Below are positions 52,051 through 64,000 of a stretch of 64,000 nt of DNA, in pieces. Made by a program: the position numbers and the translations under genes. Source of the DNA: Octopus vulgaris (lineage: Eukaryota); assembly GCA_951406725.2 (NCBI GenBank), contig CATOCA020000001.1:9176001-9240000 (forward strand). Reading direction: 5' to 3'. The notes under the pieces were generated by a model. That model was not told the DNA's origin. It saw only the letters and a list, made by a program, of their open reading frames with translations, and searched no databases. How positions within the stretch are numbered: the stretch's first letter is position 1; each line of letters starts with the position of its first letter.

Positions 52051-53332
52051 TGTCCTTGGGTAGAAGACACTTGCCCAAGGTGCCACGTAGTGGGACTAAA
52101 CCTGGAACCATGTGGTTCGTAAGCAAGAACACACATTGGGTTTAAAATTTAAATAAGCTGTTTTGATAGAATTTTAATGATGCATTCAAAGATTGCATCA
52201 TAAAATATCCACCATCTTCAGGTAAAATATTAAACAGGTATCAAACAGGTGAGATGCTTTGATCTTGATGAATCCAGCCAACACTTTTGAAGGTGGTAGT
52301 TTATATGTTATGATGAAAATCTCTGAATAGATCAATAAAATTCTACCAAAACTGGTGTAGTAAATTTTAAATAAAAGTTGTCTTCTCTTTATACCTACAC
52401 CACACCTAGAACTAACCCCTGAGTCAGATCTACAGTTTAAATTGGATTTGATACATACCTACAGTATCCTACCAACAGTTGATACCTTCATTGTTGTGCG
52501 ACTTCACTGTGAACCCTATGTACCTCGCCATTTCTAGCATCCAACATGTTGATGTGCCTAAGTTCTATTGAAACATATAACTAATCTATCTATCTATCTG
52601 CATATATATAATATATATATATGTGTGTGTGTGTATGTGTGCGTATGTAGTGAATCTTGCATGCATGAAGTGGATTCGACCCACCACAGCCAAATTTAAA
52701 TTAGCACTGCTACAGAACTTTTACCACGATGGAACAATGGTTTTTTTCTCTGACAGCAGTTTTTACATTTTCCAGATGCCTTTTAGCTAGGCCAAAATAA
52801 TGTCTTCACCACTTGACCCTTTCTAACCTCTTCTACTTCACCAAAAGCTAGAATAGATAACAAGACCACCAACTAAATCTATTGTTCTCAATGATATATC
52901 TATCCTTCTGGATCTTAGTATAAGCAAGCACATCCCAAGCAAAAATTAGTTAGTCACCAGCCGGTGACGACTCAACAAGGTCTGGCTGACCAACCTTGGT
53001 CAGAGGGAAAAATGAAGTTTACTGTCAGACAACACCCAACACTTCACTCTAGCTCTAATACTGTTCTATTACAACATCATTCTATCTCTCTCTGAAATTG
53101 CTACTAACAATTTGTGTACACCAAACCAAGCACAAAATATTCTCCCACATCTAGCTTTTCTTTCGCATGCTTTTGGATTTATCACAACTGCCCGTAACGT
53201 AACGGTAAATAAAACATTTCCTTAAAACATTATGCATTGTCTAGCCTTCACAACTTAACATCCTACAGTTTACCGTTATAACAACAAATCTTTATCAATA
53301 TTTCTACCGTTACAATTAAAATCGCCGCCATT

Positions 53333-53385
<53 letters not shown>

Positions 53386-53386
<1 letters not shown>

Positions 53387-53834
53387 CATTATATAATTAG
53401 GGCTTAGTAAAATAAATTACTTTGCCACATACTGAACTTTCTAGAAATAGCAGCCAAAAAGTTTCTTAGCCATTTCCACTACTTTAAGAAAATTTCTCTC
53501 AGATAATGTTTACTCATAAATAACTCACGAAGGTATGGAGGTAAAAGCAGAAAAATATCACAAGTACAAAGATCATTTGAGAACGTTAACGTTTCTAGAT
53601 TAGCCAAATAAACTCAGCATTTCAGAAACGTTAACGTTCTCAAATGATCTTTGTACTTGTGATATTTTTCTGCTTTTACCTCCATACCTTCGTGAGTTAT
53701 TTATGAGTAAACATTATCTGAGAGAAATTTTCTTAAAGTAGTGGAAATGGCTAAGAAACTTTTTGGCTGCTATTTCTAGAAAGTTCAGTATGTGGCAAAG
53801 TAATTTATTTTACTAAGCCCTAATTATATAATGT
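53386..53834. repeat. Inverted repeat: 211-bp arms, 27-bp spacer
   Basis: 53386-53596 is the reverse complement of 53624-53834, with no mismatch seen by eye. Confidence 0.95.
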
Positions 53835-53926
53835 AATATTTTGAATTCGCCTTAAATGGTCCTTTTACATACTGAACACTACTTGGTGAAATTGATTAAT
53901 AACTAATTAATTTTACCCTCAATTGT

Positions 53927-53978
<52 letters not shown>

Positions 53979-54248
53979 ATAAAAAATTAATAAATAAATA
54001 AAATATATGCATATATGCATACATATATATACGTACCTACCTCTACATGTATGTATACATGCATATATGGGTACAGGACACCAAAAAAAAACGTCGAACA
54101 CAATGAGAAACGAAAACATAAACACAAAACCAAGGAAATGGACATGTTTTTAAAACAAAGAAAAAATAGAGTACAGGACATACAAAACAAGGAAAATTCC
54201 CCTTCTTCAGTTGCCTTAATTTCATCTACTCCACCTTTCGAAGGTCAA

Positions 54249-54310
<62 letters not shown>

Positions 54311-55609
54311 TGTATATATGTATGTGTGTATATATATATATATCAGCATCATCTTGTGTGTGTGTGTGTGTGTGTGTGTGTAGGCAGTTGATTGGTAGAG
54401 AGTAGTTAGAACATCAGATAGAGTGCTTTGTATTAATAGTAATCCTTGTAGCTTTCTGCATTCTGCCTTTCATCCTTTGCTTCAAATCTTTGTATTGGTG
54501 TGTATTGCAAGACGCAGCTAGGTTTCTTTTGCAAACATTTTACCTAATGTGTGAAAATCAAAATAGGAAGTTTGAATGAAGTATCTATAAAACAAGTTTT
54601 TAAACATCAAATGGTTGTGGGAGTCCACCAGAATAAAATAGTAATCAAAGGGGTCCATAGATAAAAAATGGTTGAGAACCCTTGATCTATAGAAACCACA
54701 CCGAAGCTGACATTGGAGATTAACACCGCCCTGTGATTCACCAGATCTTGTCAAGCCATCCATTCCATATCAACATGGAAAATTGACATTAGATAATTAT
54801 AATAATGATGATGTCAATGCCATCTGCACCACCTATGCTGCTGACGCCACCAATGTTAACAATATTGAACAGGGGCTGAAATGCTGTTGTAAATTCCATA
54901 CCCTTTGTAAAAGTAGCTCGGATGTGATTGTGGGATGTAAGAAAATGACAGACATTGATAAAAGTGCTCCAAGTATGAGATTCACTTGATTGGCATTGGT
55001 GTAAATTAACCAATCAAATATATTGAAAATAGGAGCTCATTGGAGCCTATTTTGGAGACAGTGAATTTATATTAAGTCTAGTTTACTGCTCCCACATTTA
55101 GAGTTTGACAACCTCATCTGGCTGACAATTCCAGCAAGCATGCTTCAAGACAGCTCTTGTTTCTCTCTCATTCTCACCTCTTCTTTCTCATATACACATT
55201 TTCTTACATTGTACATACTTTTTTTTCTCAATTATAAAAACTATACAAGGACTTTTCATATATATTTTCCCCAGCTGAATTTTCAATGTTTTCTGCATCT
55301 CCTGAATACTGAACTCTGACCAGCTGAATATTATAGCTTAATGTTAATAACATCTATATAAAACAAAGTTTTGTTTTTCGCAAGCAAATTAATACAGTTC
55401 ATGCACTTTTGGTTACTTTTCTGAGGAGTTGTAGTGCACCTGAGCACTGTATACAATAAGTTCATTATAATTTAGGTTTTTCTTTTTACCTTTATTTTTC
55501 AGCATGACTGTGTGGTTTAGGAGCCCACTTTGCAACCATGAGGTTTTGAGTTTGGACCCACTGTGCAGCACCTTGGGCAGATGTTTTCTGCTACAGCTAA
55601 GTTTTCTGC

Positions 55610-58600
55610 CTTTGGAGGCTATGGCTATGGCTCCCGCAACGAGGAGGGAACCAGGCTGCTGGAGTTCTGCGATGCAAATAATCTTATGATTTGCAACACT
55701 AACTTCAGGAAACCTACAAGCAACCTAGTCACTTACCGATCGGGCCAACATACCAGCCAAATTGACTACATCCTTGCAAGGCAAAGGGAGAGATGGCTTC
55801 TTATAAATGCCAAAACCTTCCCAGGCGAAGAATGTACCCCACAACATAGACTGGTAGTTAGTGACTTTAGGATCAGGACTAGGAGGACAACCAGAAAACG
55901 ACCAATATGGAGAAGAAGGATTTGGAAGCTTAAAGATCCTGCAAATGGACAGAGATTTAGGGACATATTACTTGAAGCCTTTGACGAAGTAGAAGGGGAT
56001 AGAGCATCACAGGGGGTAGAAGACAACTAGACGTTTCTAAGGGACAACCTGCAGAGAGCCACTGACCAGATCTGTGGCTGGTGCAAAAGTCCCCTCTCGA
56101 CCTAGAATAACGTGGTGGTGGAACAATATTGTAGACAGGGCTATTAGAGAAAAGAGACAGGCTTGGAAGGTCTGGAAAAATGGGCGTAGCAGGGAATTGT
56201 ATCAGACTGCCAAAAGAGAAGCTAGGAGACAGGTTTATTTAGCCAGAGGGGAAGCAGATAAGAAAAAATTTGCCAATGTTCTGCACCGTGAGGACAAAAG
56301 ACTGGAGGTGTTTCGCGTTGCAAGACAGTGTGTGAGAGAGAATCGTGATGTGGTAGGAGAGAAGTGTGTTCGCATGGAAGATGGTTCACTTGCGCTAAAT
56401 GAGGATGCAAAGAGAGAGGTTTGAAAACGCCACTATGAAAGGTTGCTGAATAAAGAAAATGAATGGGATAAAGAGAGTCTGCCAAATGTTGACCCAACAG
56501 AGGGACCAGCTATCCGAGTTGATAGTTCCGTGGTAGCTAAGGCAATTAGAAGCATGAAGACAGGGAAAGCCCCAGGCCCATCAGGAATCACTGCAGAGAT
56601 GCTCAAAATGTCTGGTAGTGTCGGCTATAGCCTAGTCACCCGTATAGTTAATCAGGTAATACACAAAGGAGTCATACCCAATGACTGGGGTAGCAGCATA
56701 ATAGTCAACTGCTACAAAGGTAAAGGTGACGCCCTAGATACAAATAACTACAGAGGTATCAAGGTGTTGGATCAGGTGATGAAGGTTACGGAGAGGGTCA
56801 TAGCCCAACTAATTAGAGAGAGAGTTAGTTTAGATGAGATGCAGTTTGATTTTGTGCCAGGGAAAAGTACCACTGATGCTATATTCCTGGTAAGGCAGCT
56901 GCAGGAGAAATACCTAGCCAAAGATAAGCCCCTGTACCTGGCTTTTGTTGACATGGAAAAAGCCTTCGACAGGGTCCCCCAATCCCTTATCTGGTGGTCA
57001 ATGAGGAAACTAGGGATAGATGAATAGTTAGTGAGAGCTGTGCGGGCCATGTATAGGGACGCTGCTAGTAAGGTGAGGGTTGGAAACGTGTACAGTGAAG
57101 AATTCCGGGTAGAGGTAGGCGTCCACCAAGGCTCAGTCCTCAGCCCCCTCCTATTTATCATAGTCCTCCAGGCAATAACGGAGGAATTCAAGACAGGATG
57201 CCCCTGGGAGCTCCTCTATGCTGATGACCTTGCTCTAATTGCTGAGTCGCTATCAGAATTGGAGGAGAAGTTTCAGGTGTGGAAACAAGGATTAGAATCG
57301 AAGGGCCTCAGAGTCAATCTAGCTAAAACCAAAGTCGTAATCAGTAGGAAGGTAGACAAATCACAAAAGCCTTCAGGTAGATGGCCCTGCTCGATCTGTA
57401 GAAAAGGTGTAGGTAGAAACTCTATAAGATGCACCAAGTGTAAGCTATGGACACATAAGAGGTGCAGCAATGTCAAAGGAAGGCTAACTAGGAAGATGGT
57501 TTTTGTATGTGGCAGATGCTCAGGAACAATAAACACTGAAAATGCTCTGAGACCAACTTCCGTCACTTTCCAGGGAGAAAAACTAGAAATAGTTGATAGT
57601 TTCCGTTACCTAGGTGACCAAGTCAGCAGCGGGGTTGGGTGTGCTGAAAGTGTAACTGCTAGAGTAAGAATAGCTTGGGCAAAGTTCAGAGAGCTCTTAC
57701 CTCTGCTGGTGACAAAAGGCCTCTCACACAGAGTGAAAGGCAGACTGTATGATGCGTGTGTACGAACAGCCATGCTACATGGCAGTGAAACATGGGCCGT
57801 GACTGCTGAGGATATGCGTAAGCTCGCAAGAAATGAAGCCAGTATGCTCCGATGGATGTGTAATGTCAGTGTTCATACTCGGCAGAGTGTAAGTACCTTG
57901 AGAGAAAACCTGGACCTAAGAAGCATCAGTTGTGGTGTGCAAGAGAGACGTTTGCGCTGGTATGGTCATGTGGCGAGAATGGATGAAGATAGTTGTGTGA
58001 AAAGTGCCACACCCTAGCGGTTGAGGGAACCTGCGGAAGAGGCAGACCCAGTAAAACCTGGGACGAGGTGGTGAAGCACGACCTTCGAACTTTAGGTCTC
58101 ACTGAGGAAATGACTAGAGACCGAGACCTCTGGAAGTATGCTGTGCGCGAGAAGACCCGGCAGGACAATTGAGTTCATAACCCGTGGCCTTCTACATGGG
58201 ATGGAGCCAGCCTACGTATGCATACCTTCCCTTCTTGGGACACAAAACTCTACTTGTGAAGACCTGTTGAGGCAAGTGAGGATCAGAATTGAAATCGATC
58301 AATGGAAATTGCAGATGTGTTACCAGTGCCGGTGGCATGTAAGAGAACCTTCCGTTTCGCGACCGTTGCCAGCGCCGCCCCGACTGGCCTCCGTGCCGGT
58401 GGCACATAAAAAGCACCATCCGTTCATGGCCGTATGCCAGCTCTGTCTGGTACCTGTGCGGGTGGCACGTAAAAAGCACCCACTACACTCATGGAGTGGT
58501 TGGCGTTAGGAAGGGCATCCAGCCGTAGAAACACTGCCAGATTTGACTGGGCCTGATGAAGCCTTCTGGCTTCACAGACCCCAGTAGAACCGTCCAACCC

Positions 58601-58645
58601 ATGCTAGCATGGAAAACGGACGCTAAACGATGATGATGATGATGA
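55610..58645 (+). mobile_element. RTE LINE (APE-RT with internal PHD finger), best-preserved copy, inserted in a SINE
   Basis: ORFs 55563-58017 have NEEG, SQIDY, QHRLV (APE), then KAFDRV, HQGSVLSP, LYADD, PHD, FRYLG, LRWYGHV. A few stops and frameshifts. (GAT)n tail. SINE head at 55500-55598 resumes near 58648. Confidence 0.95.
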
Positions 58646-58919
58646 AGAATTTTGGTTGACAGAAACTAAGTGGAAGCCCATAATGTGTGTGTGTGTGTAT
58701 ACATATGTGAATGTGAATGTATGTGTGTATCTTCATTTTAGAGTTTTTCCTACACTACCGCTTGTCAACCAGTGTTGGCTTTTTTTATGTCCCTGGAACT
58801 TAGTGATTCAGCAAAAAAGACTGATAGCATATGAACCAGACTTAAAAACAAGCACTAAAATCAATTTGTATAATCAAATCCTTCAAGGCAATCAAACAAA
58901 AAGTAAAGTTACCTTCTGA

Positions 58920-59140
58920 GTCATGTCAACTCATAAGGGCTGGTTTTTCAGTTTCCATGGCATATAAATACCCCCACATGGACAGGACGCTGTTCAAGCA
59001 CAGGATTACTTGTTTTTACCATCTGACTGGATCGAAGCAATGTGAAATGAAGTGTTCTGCTCAAGAACACGACATGTCGCTTGGTCCAGGAATCAAAACT
59101 ACAATCCTATGATCATTACTTCAACATTGTAACCACTAAG
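58920..59140 (-). mobile_element. tRNA-derived SINE
   Basis: Minus strand GGCTTAGTGGTT head and GTGTTCTTGAGCA CORE-like segment. Confidence 0.7.
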
Positions 59141-59522
59141 CCTCCAGCATGGCTACAGTCCAGTGACTAAAATAAGTAAGAGATAAAACAGAGTTGCTCA
59201 ACTGGTGAGATTAAGCTGCTGAATAATTGAACCAGTGTACAAGTTTATGAGTTCAAGTCATAGGCATTCATTATGTTGTGAACTCCAAAGGAAAGAACTG
59301 TTATGTAGCTTGCTTCAGTAACACCAGGAAAGAAGTTAGAACTAGTAGTAGGAGTGGATCATCTAAGATTTTGTTGTTAGAATTTACATGTAATAAATTG
59401 GTTATGCATCTACAATCCATAAACTATATTAACAACCCTTTTTTTTATACAATTCCTAATAATATTTCATTATTTAAGGTGGCGAGTTGACAAAATTATT
59501 AGCATAGACAAAATTGTTACCA

Positions 59523-59925
59523 TGCAGGAGTGGCTGTGTGGTAAGTAGCTTGTTTACCAACCACATAGTTCCGGGTTCAGTCCCACTGCGTGGCACCTTG
59601 GGCAAGTGTCTTCTACTATAGCCTCGGGCCGACCAAAGCCTTGTGAGTGGATTTGGTAGATGGAAACTGAAAAGAAACCTGTTGTATATATGTATATATG
59701 CATGTGTGTGTTTGTGTGTCTGTGTTTGTCCCCCTAGCATTGCTTGACAACCAATGCTGGTATGTTTAGGTCCCCGTTACTTAGCGGTTCGGCAAAAGAG
59801 ACCGATAGAATAAGTACTGGGCTTACAAAAGGAATAAGTCCCGAGGTCGAGTTGCTCGATTAAAGGCGGTGCTCCAGCATGGCCGCAGTCAAATGACTGA
59901 AACAAGTAAGAGAGTAAGAGAGTAT
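59523..59925 (+). mobile_element. tRNA-derived SINE, full length
   Basis: GGAGTGGCTGTGTGGTAAG (A box), GGTTCAGTCCC (B box), CORE-like CCTTGGGCAAGTG, (GAGTAA)n tail. Confidence 0.88.
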
Positions 59926-60151
59926 ACTGATTGAAATGCTTTGTGGTGTTTCTTCCATTTTCACATTCTGAGTTCAAATTTTCCCAAGGTCGACTTTACC
60001 TTTTATCCTTTCAGGGTCGATAAAATAAGTACCAGTTGAGTACTGGAGCTAATGTAATTGACTTAACCTCACCCCTGAAATTACTGGCCTTGTGCCAAAA
60101 TTTGAAATCAATAATATTTAATTCTAAAAATATAATAGGATTTTTTTTTAA

Positions 60152-60371
60152 CCCTTTAGCTTTCAGATTACCCTGTCAAATATAGTGCTTACATATTCAC
60201 ATCACTTTAAATTAATCATGCATTATTTCATAGCTTTGAGATTTTGATGATGTGATTGTTTATTTGCAAAATGACCCTGTAGGATAAGTGTAAAAGGCCA
60301 AATCTGGCCAGTCTGAGCATAAAACAGATTGAGTATTTGGACTGGATGTGGCAAGTTTAAATGCTAAAGAG
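60152..60371. mobile_element. piggyBac-type MITE
   Basis: TTAA|CCCTTTAGC ... GCTAAAGAG|TTAA, i.e. TTAA TSD and CCC-start TIRs. Confidence 0.8.
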
Positions 60372-60869
60372 TTAAACATTGAATGGCTTCAAGGGTCCAC
60401 CCAAGTGATGTAGGAATCAAAGAAGTCCTCAGGTCAAAGAAATGGTCAAGAACTGCAGATTTAGATCATGACAACTGTCCAATCTATACCAGCATGGATA
60501 AAAAATATACGGCTGCAAGAATGATGGAGATGGTGAAACATACCACCACTGTCATCTCATAGTTGAGTGGTAGGAAAGACAATTCTTTATGTTTTTCAGT
60601 AATAATTATACAGGGCCGTCAGCAGTTTGGAAATAAAAGGAAAGAAAAACAAGTAAAACAGATGTGAAGAAAATTATTTAAAAAAAAAAAAAAAACTGAA
60701 TGAAAAATTAATCGAAAGCTAAGAACTTGATCTTCTTTGATTATTATACCAAGAATTGTCTAGTTTGGTTCGTAAGTTCCGTAATATTGACAAATACATG
60801 TTCAATATTTGACACATGATCAATATTTGCTGTAAATTCAATGCCTTAGAAATAAAATGAAATACGACA

Positions 60870-61280
60870 TACTCTTACTCTTTACTCCTTTACTTGTTTC
60901 AGTCATTTGACTGCGGCCATGCTGGAGCACCGCCTTTAGTCGAGCAACTCGACCCCGGAACTTATTCTTTGTAAGCCCAGTACTTATTCTATCGGTCTCT
61001 TTTGCCGAACCACTAAGTAACGGGGACATAAACACACCAGCATCGGTTGTCAAGCAATGCTACGGAACAAACACAGACACACAAACACACACACGCATAT
61101 ATATATATACATATATACGACAGGCTTCTTTCAGTTTCTGTCTACCAAATCCACTCACAAGGCTTTGGTCGGCCCGAGGCTATAGCAGAAGACACTTGCC
61201 CAAGATGCCACGCAGTGGGACTGAACCCGGAACCATGTGGTTGGTAAGCAAGCTGCTTACCACACAGCCACTCCTGCGCC
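60870..61280 (-). mobile_element. tRNA-derived SINE, full length
   Basis: Reverse complement of the 59523-59925 family. Confidence 0.88.
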
Positions 61281-61670
61281 GACATATCAAATGAAAATAA
61301 AATAATGAAATAAAAGAGGCAAAAACGGGGAAAAACATACTTAAGTTCAAGCTGAGAATTTGTGCAGAATAAATAGACTTCACAGAATATATCTTTAATT
61401 GGAAAGAAATTGAAGGTTTATTGTCGGTAAGAGACAGAATTGTTTACGACATAGCTTTCTTATTCACCTCTGGCTCATAGCATTAAAAGAAAAAATGTGT
61501 GACTAACATTGAGGATCTCAGAGCAAATCTTTTGGAAACCGTTTTTTTTAAACTTATTTTATTTTTGCTTTACACTTTCTTGTTTCCTTTTCTCACTATT
61601 TTCTTTTTTTCAAAAATATCAAAAATTTCAAGACTTCAAAACAAGAATAAATACATACATACATACATAC

Positions 61671-62445
61671 ATCATCATCATCGTTTAACGTCCGCTTTCC
61701 ATGCTAGCATGGGTTGGACGGTTCAACTGGGGTCTGGGAAGCCAGAAGGCTGCACCAGGCCCAGTCTGATCTGGCATTGTTTCTACGGCTGGATGCCCTT
61801 CCTAACGCCAACCACTCCGAGAGTGTAGTGGGTGATTTTATGTGCCACCGACACAGGTGCCAGACGAGGCTGGCGAACGGCCACGATTGGATGGTGTTTG
61901 TTACGTGCCCACAGCACGGAGGCCAGTCGATGCGGTACTGGCTACGGCCACGTTCAGATGGTTTTCTTATGTGCCACCGGCACTGTACCAAGGATACAAA
62001 TTCCATTGATGTTCATCTATTTTGATTTGGTTTGATTTTGATTTTCACTAGCCTCAACAGGTCTTCACAAGTGTCCCAAGAAGGAAGGTATGCACAGGTG
62101 GACTGACTACATCCCAGGTAGGGGCCACGGGTTATGGCCTCACTAGTCTTGCCGGGTCTTCTCACGCACAGCATACTTCCATAGGTCTCGGTCTCTAGTC
62201 ATTTCCTTAGTGAGACCTAAAGTTCGAAGGTCGTGCTTCACCACCTCGTCCCAGGTTTTCCTGGGTCTACCTCTTCCACAGGTTCCCTCAACTGCTAGGG
62301 TGTACCATTTTTGCACACAACTATCTTCATCCATTCTCATCACATGACCATACCAGCGCAAATGTCTCTCTTGCACACCACAACTGATGCTTCTTAAGTT
62401 CAACTTTTCTCTCAAGGTACTTACACTCTGTCGATTATGAACACT
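61671..62445 (-). mobile_element. RTE LINE 3' end (PHD family)
   Basis: ORF 62143-62415 has LRWYGHV..GRGRPRKTW, then 3' UTR units and a (GAT)n tail. Confidence 0.9.
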
Positions 62446-63477
62446 ACACGTGTATATATATATATATTTAAATTTTAATATTTTTTCATAAAATTTTTTT
62501 TTGATGATAGCTTCTTAGTTGGTTTCTTTTGATGTTTTTTTATTCGAAAATACATTTTTATTCTTTCAATCATCATTTTTTTTTTCAAAAATAAATAAGG
62601 AAATACTCAAACCAAATATTTGACAGAAATATTCTCTCTACAACAACTAACATTACATTGATACTTGTTAATTTTGTTGTTGTTAATATTAATTAATAGC
62701 ATTATATTATTGCTATTAGTAATTATATTATTAGTAATAGCATTATATTATTGGATTGACAAAATTGTCAGAGCATGAAACAAAAATGTCTTACAGCATT
62801 TGAAATGGCACTTTATGTCCTGAGTTCAAATGCTACCAAAGCCAACATTACCTTTCATCCCTCCAGGATCAATAAAATGAAGTAGATTTAATTAAAACCC
62901 ACTCCTCCAGAGAGTTAGGGTTAGGGCAGTGGAAGAAAAAGAAAATCACCTGTGATATTTGTTTTGGTTCTTGATATTCTGAATTCAACTGTGCCCCTCC
63001 CCTCAAAATTGTTAGTCATGTACCTGAACTAGAAACGGTTATTGTTGCTGTTGTGATTATTATTAGAGGAATTAAGAGGCAAAATCATTAAGGTACATAA
63101 ATACCTACTTTGCAATATTTAGTTATGTATCCTAATGTCCTGAGTTCAAATCCTGTTGGATTCAACTTTACCTTTAATCCCTTTGAGGTAAAATAAAGTA
63201 AAGTTCAAATCAAGTTGTACTGGAGGTAATTTATCCACTCTAAAATTTGATACCATATCCCCATGGCAGTAACCAGTCTGAATTCAAATCCTGCGCAGAT
63301 TGTCTTCATCTTTCCTAGGTCGATAAAACAGTCTTGAAGTACTTATATCATATATATATATATATATATAATTAATATTAGGGAAGTTATTTCCGAGTCC
63401 ACAGGGGAGAGAAGTTCAATTTAGTGGTACTAAAATGAATTACTCACTGTATTATATACATATAAATAGACAGAATC

Positions 63478-63862
63478 ACCCTCAAGCAAAAATCAAAATC
63501 GAAATCGAAATCGATCAACATCAATGGAAATTGTAGCTGTGATACCAGTGCCGGTGGCATGTAAGTGAACCATCCGATTGTGACCGTTGCCAGCCTCGCC
63601 TGGACCCTGTTCCGGTGGCACGTAAAACGCACCATCTGACCATGGCCGTTTGCCAGCCTCGTCTGGAACCTGTGCCGGTGGCATGTAAAAAGCACCCACT
63701 ACACTCACAGAGTGGTTGGCGTTAGGAAGGGCATCCAGCCGTAGAAACATTGCCAGATAAGACTGGGTCTGGTGCAGCCTTCTGGCTTCCCAGACCCCAG
63801 TTGAACCGTCCAACCCATGCTAGCATGGAAGGCGGACGCTAAATGATGATGATGATGATGTA
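63478..63862 (+). mobile_element. RTE LINE 3' UTR fragment
   Basis: Three GTGCCGGTGGCA units and a (GAT)n tail. Confidence 0.88.
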
Positions 63863-64000
63863 CATATAGGACTAAATATTAAAATTATCAAAATTAATAC
63901 CTTCAATTCTTATTACAAATCATATACTTTACATTATCTAGACTACATGCGTTTCATGACAACATATTCCTCGATATTGTTGAAATAGAATGTCTATACA

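Noticed and set aside
52459-52565. Possible upstream exon of the DD gene (gtatgt donor)
   Set aside because: Stops in all three frames.
58320-58485. CRISPR-like repeat-spacer appearance of the GTGCCGGTGGCAC units
   Set aside because: Eukaryotic context, no cas genes, the linkers are homologous to each other, and the units lie in a LINE 3' UTR.
62912-62926. TTAGGG repeats
   Set aside because: Only two units; not an interstitial telomere.

Overview
AT-rich, repeat-dense eukaryotic DNA with a 100-N scaffold gap at 50955-51054. The repeat content suggests a cephalopod, probably Octopus (inference): RTE LINEs with (GAT)n tails, tRNA-headed SINEs, Penelope remnants next to (TA)n, Helitrons and abundant microsatellites. 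Most ORF-track entries are microsatellite noise or transposon fragments. I see parts of two minus-strand host genes. (1) An Ig-superfamily gene: two phase-1 Ig exons at 20922-21176 and 16841-17092, plus a possible signal-peptide exon at 26602-26681. (2) A gene ending in a death domain (exons 45069-45140 and 43328-43527), preceded by duplicated exon+intron modules at about 47.7 and 50.8 kb that appear to be frame-shifted relatives of the first death-domain exon. Mobile elements include R4/Dong, several RTE families, CR1, Penelope, Helitrons, a Chapaev-like element, mariner, a piggyBac-type MITE and SINEs. Most notable: an RTE family with a PHD finger inside its reverse transcriptase and a hairpin-repeat array in its 3' UTR; hammerhead-ribozyme remnants, including one apparently in a tRNA-headed SINE; a 211-bp inverted repeat with no mismatch seen; and an old inverted duplication spanning about 13 kb that exposes a Helitron empty site. 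All calls come from reading the sequence by eye; nothing was aligned or searched.
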